Notes: generated from the sequence alone by a model not told the origin. A stretch of 64,000 bases of DNA from an uncultured Nitrososphaeraceae archaeon (GCA_963825865.1 CAWGVG010000010.1:31683-95682), one strand, 5' to 3'; counted from the first letter of the stretch, positions 10,957 through 23,640 are shown. Numbers and translations: made by a program.

Positions 10957-11620
10957 ATGAGAGAAATATCTATCATATCTAGGCTAATGGTGATTTTATG
11001 CTTGATGTTAGCAGTATTAGACGATAATCCTATCTTTTCAGTAGCTCGCACAAGTGAATAAAGCCAACGCCCAAAGATCTAATAATCTTAATGCAATTAG
11101 AAACATGACAAAACCAAGCAGTATCCAAGACTCCTTCTCTGAAAGGGGAACAATAAATTCATTGGTCTATTTACCTTCTGGCGATGATAAGAATTCTACC
11201 CTAGGTGCTGCTAAAAAATTTATTCTCTTTGGCAATTGGAACTTGATCGTCCATCAAGGGGTTGTAAAGAACTTTCAAGCAAAATTTATTAATGTTCTTC
11301 CTGACGGAACACGCTGGCATTCCCATAAATTGGTTAATTTCACAATTGACAACAACAATACAAAAATTCACGCGATGGGAGATAACAGCATATCTATATC
11401 CGGGACTGTCGATGTCAAATTAAATGATGCTGATGCATGGAAAGGATTAAAAACAAATATTATAATTTCTAAAGGCAACATAATTTCTATCTTCTTTGAT
11501 AACCTTGCTACAGGAGAACACTTTAGAGGACAGCCAATCTATGGTTAAGTGCAGTCAATAAAAGATAGTAATGGAAATGAAACTAAAAAAATGACAGAGA
11601 AGCAGCCTGTGCTGCAAATA
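10957..11620 (+). CDS. Secreted beta-rich hypothetical protein (interrupted at both ends)
   Basis: ORF 11054..11548 with an upstream hydrophobic leader in another frame. Ends HFRGQPIYG at a premature-looking stop. Confidence 0.5.
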
Positions 11621-12016
11621 TAAAGGATGAGCAACAATAGGCTAGCCTGTAGGTCAATTCATTTATGAAATACTCCATAATATTGTTAGCGATAGTGGTC
11701 GATTATAGGTATGGATAATAGTATCGTTGATGCTACTACTACTAAAACAATAAGGCAACTCATTTTTTCCCGAGTAGATAGAGACCCTCTGTATCTTCTC
11801 CTCCCCCCATAAGATAGGAGGCATGACTCTGTCTACTACCACCTATTTCCATGTCGTCAGAATCACTTTATAATACCTTTATTCAGATATGTGACATGCA
11901 CAGTGTAATTGCAAATGTAAGTTAACTTTGTTAACTAATCTTTTAATTATCCAATTATCTAAATATGTATTGCATTAGCCTATAATGCAAACCGTATCTA
12001 TGTTCAACACATTAAA

Positions 12017-12432
12017 TATGCCTATAAGGATGAGTTTTATTGCTGTTGTAATAGCAATAGCAGCTATTGGTGCGGTATTGGAAATTGGAATTATTAATGT
12101 AAGCCAGGCCCAAGTACCTACAAAAAACACCTCCTACTGCCCCATCATTATCCACTTCGCCTCCTCCTTCTCCTACTAATACCAGTGTATCACCAGAGGT
12201 AAAATCAAAACTATGTGATCCTAATAACCCAAAACTCAGGTTTGTTAATGCAACTGAGTCAAAAATATGTGGTATTCCAAAAACAATGAAAAATGTCACA
12301 ACAACAACTCCAGCACCCACTTCTATACCTTCACCTACACCAAAGCCGATATCGCCTTTATCACCAAACCCAATAACACCACCACCTTCAGAAAATCCAC
12401 CACAAGAGGCACCTATACCTGGAATACTGTAG
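12017..12432 (+). CDS. Secreted Pro/Thr-rich protein with a two-Cys loop (indel near 12125)
   Basis: Signal-like N-terminus, then hand translation SPEVKSKLCDPNNPKLRFVNATESKICGIPKT and a Pro-rich tail to TAG at 12432. Confidence 0.6.
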
Positions 12433-13259
12433 GGAGAGCATCATCCTTTAGGATTTTGACCTGATTTAAGTCGCCAAAGCCCTCTGCCTTGTACATCTCT
12501 CGACTATCCTCTTCTTTTCCTCAAGACCCTTTGTAGATTTTGTACTGTGTTATACGTGCATAGGCTATTCTGTGGCAAAAAAAGGGTTATGAAACAAGGC
12601 ATGCAAAGCAAGTCTTTAACTAAAAAAATTGAACAAATATTAGAAAAGACGTGTTGAGACTGATTATAAAGGCCTGTGGGAACTTGGAACCATATACACT
12701 TTCTTGCCTAGTTAAATTCATAACCAAAAATATAGTCAAAGGTGCAAAAAGGGGCTTGAAAAAGAGCGCAAAGCAAGTTCAAAAAGTAAAAAATATTTTT
12801 ACTTCGATATCACAGGAGAAATTGCCAAAACCCAAGATAGTCGAGAATACCCAGACAGGAGAAGGAAAGCCCTTAGGAAATAGTGGACGATCCGATGCTT
12901 ACGAAATTAGGGGATTCACAGAAAACGCTTATGTAATTGTATACTTCCTAAGCGTAAATATTCTTGCGGCTCTGCTGCCTTCTTGACAAGCTTCTCTATA
13001 GATAGTAGAATACATAAATTTATTTACAATAAGTTGGTTTTGAATCTTGTTGCTTTCAAGCTTTTTCTAAGGCATATTTTTTCCATTTTATTTTCTTAAG
13101 TATACTGACCAAACTTTTTTGGCTTTTCTCTCTGTGCTGTATAAAAGAAAGATTACTGCACTTATAGAAACATGGCTGTGAACAAAGAGAACCAGATAGA
13201 CAGCCCTAGAGCAATGAAGGATATCATCAAGAACAAAATCGATGACTATAACAAATGCA

Positions 13260-13540
13260 CCGCCAATACCGCCTGCGATGTAACCTGTTTTACCCATTTT
13301 ATTATAGAAGAGCAAAAGAGAGTAATAGGACAGCATCAGAGAATTTTCGTTAATGTTCCTTCGTCTACTTCTATAGCAGTAGTTAGTAGTGAAAAACATA
13401 CAGTATCTACAACGTGGCTAATTGTCAATGCAAAAATAACTTTCCAATGGCTCTAGATGAGGGCTAATCATCGTATGTTTGTTGGCACAAGAGATCCTCC
13501 AAAGCTTTTGATTTTTGATACTAATTCAGGTAAAGTACAG
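13260..13540 (+). pseudogene. YncE/YVTN beta-propeller internal fragment
   Basis: RIFVNVPSSTSIAVV...TW...FPMALDE.NHRMFVGTRDPPKLLIFDTNSGKV read across frames. Confidence 0.6.
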
Positions 13541-13564
13541 TAAGCAATAATCGAGAATAAGTAA

Positions 13565-13590
13565 TAATGTTTCCCATAGGTTTCTATAAT
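13565..13590 (+). repeat. 26-bp direct repeat, copy 1 (taatgtttcccataggtttctataat)
   Basis: 25 of 26 bases match 18142..18167. Confidence 0.85.
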
Positions 13591-13905
13591 ATGTTAACAA
13601 ACGGTACTTTCTGAATACTTATCATGTTGTGCCCAAACAATATTATTCTTATCTTCTCTTATCTTACCTGCAGCCTTAAGATTCATGATAAAATCGTAGT
13701 TAGAAGGTTCCATGATTAACCTTGTTTTTAAATTTGAATACTTATTCGAATTTGAAAGGAAAAATTGCTTCGTATTGCAATGTAGATAATTGAAAAATAA
13801 AGACAATTTGGGCTATAAAAAGTGCAAGCGGGCCTAAAACATAAAGAAAGTATGCAGAATACAGTATTATGTATGTAAATATTATATAAACTATAACAAT
13901 CAATT

Positions 13906-14103
13906 ATGATTATGTCTGCTACAATATATGCTAGCCAGACAGAGGATTCGCTAGTGTTACCACTGCCTCTTACTATTTGTCCTAAGTGCGGACGGTTGGT
14001 TAAAATCGACGGTCATTGTGAATGTGAAGCAATATTTTTTGCACCTTTTAATCAAGCTAATGAGAAAGAAAATGCATCGAAGCCTTTAGCTACCACAATA
14101 TGA
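13906..14103 (+). CDS. Small Zn-ribbon protein
   Basis: CPKC...HCEC. Confidence 0.4.
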   Translation: MIMSATIYASQTEDSLVLPLPLTICPKCGRLVKIDGHCECEAIFFAPFNQANEKENASKPLATTI

Positions 14104-14204
14104 AGAAAGTCTTCCACTAAAGCAGCATGAGAAGTCATATACGTCCGTAGGATAACAATCTAAAAACGCAATCCTTAAAGCTTACCTACTAGCAAAACCA
14201 ACTT

Positions 14205-14345
14205 TAGGATAATAGCAGAGATGAACGGTTCATTAAAAAGGATTAGCGACATATCCTATATAATAAATTCCCAATCAGATAATGGTTTCTACAACGTTAA
14301 TTCAAATGTATTAGGCTGGAATTGCTCATGCCCTGACCACTAGTG
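14205..14345 (+). pseudogene. SWIM Zn-finger N-terminal remnant, probably of an archaeal DDE transposase
   Basis: Hand translation IAEMNGSLKRISDISYIINSQSDNGFYNVNSNVLGWNCSCPDH*. Confidence 0.5.
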
Positions 14346-14609
14346 TTAATACCTCAGTATCAGCATCAGTTTCGTCTTACTGCTACACTCTGAAGGAGCC
14401 TAACTATGAAAATCAATATCTTGCAAGTAACAATTTAAATCTATTACAAAAACGAATAAAGACAAGTTTAGCCGATTAAAAGATGATACAAAAACTATGG
14501 ACTTGCATTACCTTTTAAGCGCAGAAATTGAATGCCACTTTAAAAGAAGCATGGTGAAATTGAACATTTGAGTCTACTAATGGAACATAAACAAAAACAA
14601 GAAAATGAA

Positions 14610-14965
14610 AGTGACAGAATTGATTGGCGCAGAAACAAAGTTCAGGAGCTAAGCAGCCAGGGAGATAGCCAGAGGGAGATACCACAGATATTACAGATAT
14701 CAAATGACACTGTTAACAGAGACTTGTCATACCCTTAGGCAGCAGGCAAAGTCCAATATCAGAAGATACATTGGCGAAAGGCTGCCAGAAGAGTACCAGA
14801 AATGTCTTGTCGGGTTGACAGCAATCCTGAGGGAAGCTGGAGTACTTCGCAAGCTGCAGAAGACAAGAGAGAGAAGATACAAGCCTTGTCATTGGCCAAA
14901 GATTGCTATTCGATGAAGCTAGACTTGCTCACGAATGCCACAGTAGTTGACGATGCTATCAGGAG
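14610..14965 (+). pseudogene. Degenerate HTH protein, small-terminase-like
   Basis: Across frames: WRRNKVQELSSQG.SQ...LQISNDTVNRDL..LRQQAKSNIRRYI.ERLPEEYQKCLVGLTAILREA...MKLDLLTNATVVDDAIR. Confidence 0.55.
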
Positions 14966-15012
14966 TTGGTAGTAGGATATTATTATTATTGTTATTATTT
15001 GTCCACGATCAC

Positions 15013-15765
15013 TTAGATTTGTGCCATACCCCCATCTACGAACAGTTCGATACCGGTGACATAACTGCTGTCATCCGACGCGAGGAATGAGACGACTTTC
15101 GCGATTTCGTCGGAGCTGCCCATACGCCCCATCGGCACGCTGGCCACAAGGCTCGTCTTTATCTGCTCAATCTGTTCCTTAGTCTGCGCCAAGCCATTGA
15201 CGCCCGGAGTGTCGATCGGACCAGGGCTGATAGCGTTGACTCGGATCTTGCGGTGTTTCAGATCGACTGTCCAGGTGCGCGCGAACGACCGTATGGCGGC
15301 TTTGGTTGCGCTGTAAACACTTAACGCCTCGGCTCCTTTGGATGCAGCGATCGAAGCATTCAGAATGATCGAACCGCCGCCGTCCTGAAATAGCGGAAGC
15401 GCTTTTTGAACACTGAACAGAAGCCCTTTCACATTAATGCCGAACGTTTTGTCAAAGTGAGCTTCGGTAATTGCTCCCAATGGAGCGAATTCTCCAATGC
15501 CGGCGTTGGCGAACAGAATATCGATGCGCCCTTCTGCTCCTTCACCGTGGCATATAACCGATCAAGATCTGCGAGATTTGAGACGTCGCCCTGAACACCG
15601 GTGATTGTTTTTACCAATCTGCTTGACTGCTGCATCGAGTTCGCTTTGGCGGCGACCTGTAATGAAAACATACGCGCCATCTGAGACGAACCGCTGTGCC
15701 GTGGCAAGGCCTATGCCGCTGCTTCCGCCTGTGATGACTGCGACTTTACCTTCAAACTTTTTCAT
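15013..15765 (-). CDS. SDR-family NAD(P)-dependent oxidoreductase (two apparent indels)
   Basis: [31 protein letters not shown] and VDGG motifs. Visibly more GC-rich than its flanks. Confidence 0.92.
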
Positions 15766-16363
15766 GATTTTTTACTCTCGCGTTGATAAGATTTAAGTTT
15801 GATCTACGGTATTAATTACACAAAAGTAATATTTTTTTAGAGTTCATCAATAATAGTATTATCTAACTGAGTTAGTATTTGAAACCTAAGTCGATAAGTT
15901 ATAACTAACCACCGTCAGTTGGGCATTGAAGTACATGGCTATACATAACAATCATGGAATGAAGAAGTTGCAAAGAATGGCTAGCATTTCGCGCAAGCCA
16001 ATAAAAAAGAAAGACTAGCTAAATTCTTTTTCTTTATTTTTGATTTTCTATTTCACCTTGTTGTAACATACTCCAATCTTACAAACGATGGCGTTCCACT
16101 CATTGCCGACTTGGGTGCTTTAATGTTAAAGACGCCGGATTGAAATGACTTTAGCTTTGCAGGGCTGATTGGTACCTGCTACAGTCCCTCTAACCGCTGC
16201 CTGTTTTTGCTCTCTAGATCTTATTGTACAGATTTCGATCTCTGATTTTAATTTTAATTTAAACACCTATGCTGATTAACATTATTTATTGCCAAATATA
16301 ATAGAAAGCTTCTAACGCAACCTATTCTTGTATACTAATGTCAGTGTGAAGTTCAAAGATCTG

Positions 16364-16713
16364 TCATAACGGGACTTCAACTGCTACATCAAATTTTGTA
16401 TAATACCTTTTCACTTAGCCATATTTAGAGTTGAATTTCCTCACGATATCGTCAGCCCTACTACTGTCTGTTATTAGTTTACCTCTTGCAGGTATTTCTA
16501 CGCTGTTTACAGAAATCTTCAATGTTGGATCGACTAGCACGTTCTTATACCAATTGGTGTCAGAGCCGTGATTTGGAAGGAGATACAGCGTGTTGCCTTA
16601 TACGTAAACCAGACTGGCCGAGGGATATCTCTGCTTGATTTTCTACCTCTAACACTGAGTGTTATCTCGTATGCGCTATAGTGTAGTCTCTGGTGAAGAT
16701 CGGCTTTGGACAT
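16364..16713 (-). pseudogene. F420/deazaflavin-dependent oxidoreductase-like split-barrel gene, disrupted (not in ORF track)
   Basis: Hand translation EITLSVRGRKSSRDIPRPVWF..GNTLYLLPNHGSDTNWYKNVLVDP...KFNSKYG* with a frameshift and an internal stop. Confidence 0.65.
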
Positions 16714-16974
16714 GACATTCTATGCTCCATATGTCAGATATGGGTTTCAAGTGTTGCACTCTATATCTGAATGCTGCTGTAAGCCAGTTTGCTATTACTA
16801 TTGGAAAAGAACTATTCAACATGCAACTTATTACAAACTTGCTAGTTATTTTTTAAGAATGGCGGAACTTGCCTTAGTTGACTATTTTGTTATGGTGAAT
16901 AAAAAAGAGAGAAAACGATACCGTACTATAAAGCATAAATTAATAATTCTGAACACAAATTCATAATTTACAGA

Positions 16975-17250
16975 GTGCCAGATCCTACTGTACGTGGAGG
17001 ATTTGCTATGAAATTAGAGACATATGTAGACGAAACAGGCAGTGGCAAGAGCTTTAAGAAAGTGTTAGAAACATTAGACAATGGCGAATGGGGGCCCACT
17101 AAATCCGGTAATTCTGCATGTGATAGTAGTGAATACGTAATGTTGAATATGGAGCGTGTAGTGATTGCCATAAGAGTAGACATTATGAAATCATTCAAGT
17201 GGAAAGATTTGAGTATACGCTCAATTGACCCATCAAAAAAGCTTATTTGA
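16975..17250 (+). pseudogene. Probable C-terminal fragment of a larger hypothetical protein
   Basis: 91-aa protein-like ORF with a GTG start and no N-terminal domain. Confidence 0.35.
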
Positions 17251-17399
17251 GTTTGTAAAAACTATGGGCGTTAGTTCTAGATTTTTCTATTGCTAACCTG
17301 AACGTATGGTATTCTATTCTAGGTGTTTATGGACCTGCACTTAGTATACCGCAATGTGAAAATGCAATAGACCAACTAGCTAAAAAGACGATCCCATCC

Positions 17400-17800
17400 G
17401 CAATTTCCTTAGCCTGATAAAGTTACATTTATTCACAAGTGTTATTGTGGTAGATGATGTCATAAAGTTTGTATCTGACAAATCATCATCTACTGACCCC
17501 AAATTAGAAAAAGAAAAACATAAAGTTGATGACGTTGTTACTGTAAACAGGAAACATAATAACAATGGCATTCAAAGATCTGAAGAAGAGGATAAGCAGG
17601 TCCAATCAACAACAAACACAGTCTTTGGACAAATTACAGAACTAACCATTCTGGATCTGGAATATAGAAGAGCATAAGATGGAAGATGTCCGGACAAAAG
17701 GAGAGTGCTGTTTTAATCACATAATCGGCTTACCAACAAAAGAGGGATTAGAAAAACCAATTTTCGACTATTAGGAATTGTTGTATGAGGTTTTGCTTTC
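17400..17800 (+). pseudogene. Second remnant of the HTH family plus start of a terminase-large-subunit-like gene
   Basis: VVDDVIKFVS parallels VVDDAIR at ~14950. Then CCFNHIIGLPTKEGLEKPIFDY*ELLYEVLL; family assignment is from memory. Confidence 0.5.
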
Positions 17801-18141
17801 GCCAGCCTCCAGTTGTTGGATAGTCTTTATGATTAGTTGTATGCAGTTCTCAGTACAATGTTTGTTATGATCGGCAGTGTCTAAGTAGGGTCTAGAGGTC
17901 TTAGAATATAAGGAGAACATGGAAGAAATAGTAGATTACGCCATGAACATATCTTCATTTAAAATATAAAAATACCACTGCATTTTTTTACTGCAATCGA
18001 ACGTTCTATCGTCAAAGATATTTTGATATGTATACGCATTTTCTATCATATCTCTTTCTCTTTTAAATGGCATGATGCCAACATCATCATAACAGTTGGC
18101 CAACTAGTGATAGAGTTAGTCAACCAGCTAAATAATGCTAC

Positions 18142-18167
18142 TAATGTTTCCCGTAGGTTTCTATAAT
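18142..18167 (+). repeat. 26-bp direct repeat, copy 2 (taatgtttcccgtaggtttctataat)
   Basis: Matches 13565..13590. Confidence 0.85.
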
Positions 18168-18394
18168 GCATAGAGAATGTTTACAAAAAATAAAATGACT
18201 TTATCTAATATATATACTCCTTTTACTTGTCTTGGCAATGAAGTATTGATTCCGATGTTAGGAAAGGCTATTTACAACATAGAAATCAAATATCAAAGTA
18301 CTTGGATAAAGATATTTTTGGAATTATAATTATGATGTCATTTAAAATAGTGTGAATATGCATAATAACTATTTTAACAAATGATGGACGCAAA

Positions 18395-20060
18395 TTGTCT
18401 GGCAATACAACAAGCTTCGATGGCTATGGCAATCAATCAAAACCACGTACCAGGTTTGGCGAGAATACATTTGGTAATTGTATAACATTTACCATTGATG
18501 GACAAGAAAATTTTAGATTAATGTATGAAAAGATGCTACAAGCAAAAAACTCTATATATATAGCAAACTATGATCTGGACCCCGAATTGCGTCTTATAAG
18601 AGGAAAAGGGGATCCACAGTCGTTTCAGATGTCAGATTTTATTGTTTCACCTTGTCTGTCAGAATCAGATAATGGAAACGATAAGAAAAAAAATACACAT
18701 AATGGCGAATATTATACTCTACAAAACCTTTTGATTGAAAAGGCAAAACAAAAAGTAGATATCAAAATCATTGTATGGGAACCAAGACTTATTGTCAGAT
18801 CATTTCCACTCGCCAAAAAACGAGGATTAGAAGGAAGGGCTAAAAAAGTTGAATCTATGAGAGAACTTGCAAAGCATTATGGAATTGAAGACCATATAAC
18901 AATACGACTTGATAGTAAAGCACCTACTCTTACCTCTGGTTTTCATGAAAAAATTGCCATAATAGACAATAAAATAGGGTTTTGTGGTGGACAAGATTTA
19001 TCACAAGATAAATGGGATACAAGCGATCATGATTTTGATAACTCATTAAGAGACCAAGACGGAGAGCCTTGGCATGATGTTAATGCAATGATTAAGGGCC
19101 CAATAATATGGGATTTAATTTTCCATTTTAATCAGAGGTGGATTTATTCTCTTACAAAAGATATCAAACAGGTTAAAAAAGCAAAAATTAATTCATCAGG
19201 CTCCTTCCTTTCATCGTCTCTGTCTTCATCAGGCAGCATTAGCACCTTTTACTAATCGTGACAATGAAGGAAATATAGAGATTTCTGCATTACGGACTTG
19301 GAAGCAGTTAAAGGGAAATATTGGAGACAAGGATGATAATGAAGATGATGGTGATAGTAGTAGCAGTAGCAGCGTACGAGCATGGTATGATACTATGTTT
19401 AGAAAAGCAAAACATAGCATATACATAGAGGATCAATTTCTCTTTCAAGATAAAATTATAACCCAGATTCTTGTCAAAAGGCTTGAAGAAGAACAGGATC
19501 TGAAAGTTATAACAGTAGGCCCAATGGAACCAAATCTTCCAGGCTTTTTCTTTAGTATCTTATCAAAAGAAAGCATCAATGATATAAACAACAATTTGGC
19601 TGCTTTACGAAAAGCAGGGAAAAACCGAGTTAGAACATATTGTTTGATATCGCAACATAGTGCAATCAAACAAAAAAGAAAACAGATCTATGTTCATTCA
19701 AAAATCATGATAACTGATGATAGGTGGATTATAATTGGTTCTGCAAATACAGATAGAGACGGTTTTAATGATTCGACAGAATTCGATTTAGGAATAACAT
19801 CCGAAACACTTGCGCAGCAGCTTAGAGCAAAGTTATGGCGTGAACATTTGAAAGAATACATCTCTTCTAATAATAATATCAATCTGAAGGATTTTAATAA
19901 AGGATTTGAAGCTTGGGATAAAGTAGCAAATGATAATGGAAAAAGAGTTCAAAAAGGTGAATCTATACAGGGACACATCTATTACTATAATTTTGAAGAA
20001 ATGAATTTTCCCCCTCCTTATACAGATGCAAAAGGAGGTAACAAATTTCGATTTTTTTAA
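18395..20060 (+). CDS. Phospholipase D family protein with two HKD motifs (apparent indel near 19250)
   Basis: HEKIAIID...GFCGGQDL, PWHDV, IYIEDQF and IYVHSKIMITDD..IIGSAN. Confidence 0.9.
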
Positions 20061-20502
20061 GTATTAAAATAATTTCTTATGCGCCCTTCTGAAGGGCTTT
20101 TCTTTCGTTAATTGCTCTCCCATTAATGATGCTAAATAGCGAGTTTGTTTGTTTTTTTATGAAATGGGTCGGCGTCAATGTATACCATATCTGACTATAT
20201 ATGATAGAATTTTAAAATATTTCTGTAATAAATCTCCAAAAAACAAGGCTAAGAAGAATATTCAAGAAAAATTGATAAGAAAATATTGCATGTTACAAGC
20301 CATTTCCGCACTTTATTACAAACTTTTATAAAATCAAAAAATATTAGATAGTGTATAAAGACAAAACTAGAGAAATTTCTTTCATAAAAAAACATTGTAA
20401 GTACCAATTAAAACCAATTGAGGTCAAAAAAGTTCGCTCTTTAGGGCATTTTATGCTCAGCCTTAAAAAGAATCCGGATTTACCTTGCGTGATAAGTGAT
20501 AA

Positions 20503-21156
20503 ATGTCTAACAAAAAAAGGAAAGAACTTATTTCAATTGGTTTCAGAGTTAACGAAGTTCACAATTATTACAAGCTAATGCATCTCTTCTGTAATTTCTA
20601 TAGACTTTTGTTTGCTAATATCTATGCAAACTTCTCTCATTACTTGTATTACACGTGGGTTAATTTCTCCTGCTGCTGGCCTTATTCCTCTGAACTAGCA
20701 GTAACTATCCCACTAGATATATGTGTGTGTGCATATATCTGATAATTAGATCTGACTTTGTTCTTTGATGGAATATCTGAAGCATTGTTTGACGAGATAC
20801 CAAAGCCACCATTGGCCAGATCCAGAGTATTGTTAGATATTGAACGATTCGACATTGGACAGAGTTATGTTACAGCTAAAGTACAAAATAGATATGGCGA
20901 CAAGGTCACTATCAACATACAGGGTGGACTTCCCGGAATAGAACTACAAGAAAGCCTTTTCAAAATTAAAGATCTTGAAAAAGGAGATCGTCTAAGTTAC
21001 GCTTATTTATTAACAAAACTGATACAAACTGATAAGATACTTGTAAGAAAGCTGCCTGTTATTGGTATTAGGGATTGGTTATTAATTTATGAGGATACGT
21101 TAGTTGAACTTTCAGTAAAAGATGCTTATGATGAATTAGAAATCATTGTAGTTTAA
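20503..21156 (+). CDS. Hypothetical protein, probably membrane-anchored (frameshifted)
   Basis: Protein-like ORF 20758..21156 preceded by hydrophobic coding-like sequence. Confidence 0.4.
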
Positions 21157-21445
21157 AGAATTCTTTAGTATGGCATCGAATTAAACACAAAGATATAGAG
21201 AAATTTCGAACTCTGCTTATCCTGCAGATAAGAACCAAGACTAAGTCTTGTGCATATATCATAACGATTAAAGGAAATTGGTGAAACTGAAAAACCTTCC
21301 CCTTCAAGAAATACTAAATTTATAATTGAAAAATATTATTCTATTTGAATATGGATTTAAAACTGGTTGCCTAGTCATCATAAAGGCAAAAAGCCATCCC
21401 TGTACATAAACAGACACTAAATACCCTTTGGATAACGTTTTTAGT

Positions 21446-21467
21446 TATATATATATATATATATATA
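21446..21467. repeat. (TA)n microsatellite
   Basis: Run of about 11 TA units. Confidence 0.8.
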
Positions 21468-22277
21468 TTTTATATGATAGACTGATATTTTATAATGATT
21501 TTTTTTGAACATAAGATATCTTTTATAATTTAAAAAAATAAAAATGTGTTAGGAGTTTAATTTGTCTCCTTTAGTATAGTACCAATAGCCTAATCATCCC
21601 TTGTTGAATCATAGACATTTGTGTCTACAATCTATGAACACAACTGTTGAATTCGGACCGCCTGGACACTTATATACTGGCCCTTCACGGCTGCCTGCCT
21701 AGGTGTCATCATGAGTGATCCTTGAATTAAATCAAATAGTATATATCTACATAACAAACAAAATCAATTCTGTTCTTAGTCTATTATCATAAGAAAGGCC
21801 GTAGCCTGATAATATTTGTCAGAGGAAACTAATTCCATTTGAATGTAGTATTGTAGTGTTTTACCATTATTGCTTTTCTTGAATATGTTTTTGCCAAGGC
21901 TCTTTTGTAATAAGACTACCTTCTTTGTTTTCTGCTCTCCGTATTCTATTGACATCTAAGTCCAGCTACGCCAAAGTCATTGTAAATAACATTAATTTGA
22001 ATGTGATACAATACTCTTGAGAACTATTTCACTAGGTTATGCATGTTACATCATCATCCAAAAACTTTAGCAGACTTTTTTTGACGACATCATCCAATGC
22101 TTGCTTGGGCTCATCCATAATAAACATCTTTAAGTGCACTGTATTACATTATCATCTATCTGAAGATATTCTGCTATTCTCGGTCTAAATCTGCCTCTGA
22201 ACCATAGAAATGAGTTGACTATAATATAGCATAGATTGATTCAATATCCATGAAAAAGGACAAAACCTTGTTTTTTA

Positions 22278-22505
22278 CTAGTATGCGTGATATTCTTGTT
22301 TATGCCGCCTTAATTCTTTTAATGCCATAAACAGACTATCACATTTTTCGCATTTCCAATGGTTTATGCTTGGCTGCTCATACCTACCAGCAGAGGTTTC
22401 TTTAGTTTTTTTATAAAATCCAGTTTTATCGTTATAGCTAATATAATTATAGTTGAGTTTGTACTTGTTAAAACCTCTATGCTCAACTTGTGACAGTCCT
22501 TTCAT
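22278..22505 (-). CDS. Small C2H2 zinc-finger protein
   Basis: WKCEKCDSLFMALKELRRHKQEYHAY. Start overlaps the upstream stop (ATGA). Confidence 0.7.
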   Translation of the reverse strand: MKGLSQVEHRGFNKYKLNYNYISYNDKTGFYKKTKETSAGRYEQPSINHWKCEKCDSLFMALKELRRHKQEYHAY

Positions 22506-22729
22506 TTTTGCATCTTATCCCTATAGCAGGTTTTATAATCATGAATGAAGGCTTGTTTTAGATCATCAGTAAGATCTTCAAGTTCTTGACTATTTTTTGA
22601 TTCGCTTTTATTACTACTACCACTTGTTTTAATTCCAAGCGAATCCAGTTCATTTATCCACCAACTGCCATTTTCAGACTGCTCATTACCATTGACGGTA
22701 GCGCCGGTAAGCTTTTTGTTTTTTATCAT
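22502..22729 (-). CDS. Small hypothetical protein
   Basis: 75-aa ORF coupled to the Zn-finger gene, with an upstream gagtga RBS-like sequence. Confidence 0.55.
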   Translation of the reverse strand: MIKNKKLTGATVNGNEQSENGSWWINELDSLGIKTSGSSNKSESKNSQELEDLTDDLKQAFIHDYKTCYRDKMQK

Positions 22730-22743
22730 TTTTTCTCACTCGT

Positions 22744-23058
22744 TTAAATTAAAAAAATTATGGAGATGTAGATTGTCCTGCTGCCTTGAGCCTGACTACT
22801 GCGCTGGCTACAGATCACTGCCATACATCCTTGATCACCCCTTTGTGTCTGACTGTTGGTTTGAGTAAAACTACTAGATGATCCAGGATGCAGTTTTTGT
22901 GTATCACGAGTTGCATCTGTTTGTCCTCGGCTGCATCCACTTTTGGCGAATGCTTGTCGTGTAATCGTTGTTGTTACTCTCATTAAGCTAGCTGGTACTA
23001 CAAGTAACATCAATATTACCAATTGTTTTGTTGTTGTAATTTTCATTTTACATCCCAT
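22744..23058 (-). CDS. Small secreted hypothetical protein
   Basis: Hydrophobic leader ending AFA, then a Gln/Ser-rich body. Confidence 0.4.
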   Translation of the reverse strand: MGCKMKITTTKQLVILMLLVVPASLMRVTTTITRQAFAKSGCSRGQTDATRDTQKLHPGSSSSFTQTNSQTQRGDQGCMAVICSQRSSQAQGSRTIYISIIFLI

Positions 23059-23640
23059 TTTTCCTTTATTATCTAACTTATCTAACTAATAGAGATATAC
23101 ACTCTATCTAGATCCATTCTACACGGTACCAAATTTTAGAGCCTAAACAAAAATCATGTCAGTGGCTAAACTATGAAGTTATTAAAGATTCCACCATTAA
23201 GGAATTATGCGTGTGTGTGTGTGTACGTGCTGCGGCGTGACCTTCTTGCTCTCTCTATATGTGTTATGTATATCGCGTTATACATAGGCATTCTGAAACA
23301 ACAAACTGACTGTTGACTCTATATAATAAACGATATAGGTTAGTTTTGTTCTTGTTTTTGAAGTATTTTATGAAAGAAATATTAAATTATATTTGTCTTC
23401 ATTTGATTTTTTACCCCTGGTAAAAAGATGCTGTTGTGTTTGTAGTTGTTAACTACTCTATCATTTTATGCATAGTTGTATATGTATATTTATAAATTAA
23501 TATAATGTGTTATTAATTATTGGTGACATTAATCAATTGAAGACTTTATAGAACCTTGTATTTACAAGTTAGTTATCAAGAATATTTACTATCAATAGAT
23601 AAATGAATAATTTCACCTATAATTATTGATATTCGTAATA

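Noticed and set aside
21540-22120. Coding-like remnants on the minus strand
   Set aside because: Too many stops and shifts to assign a family with confidence.
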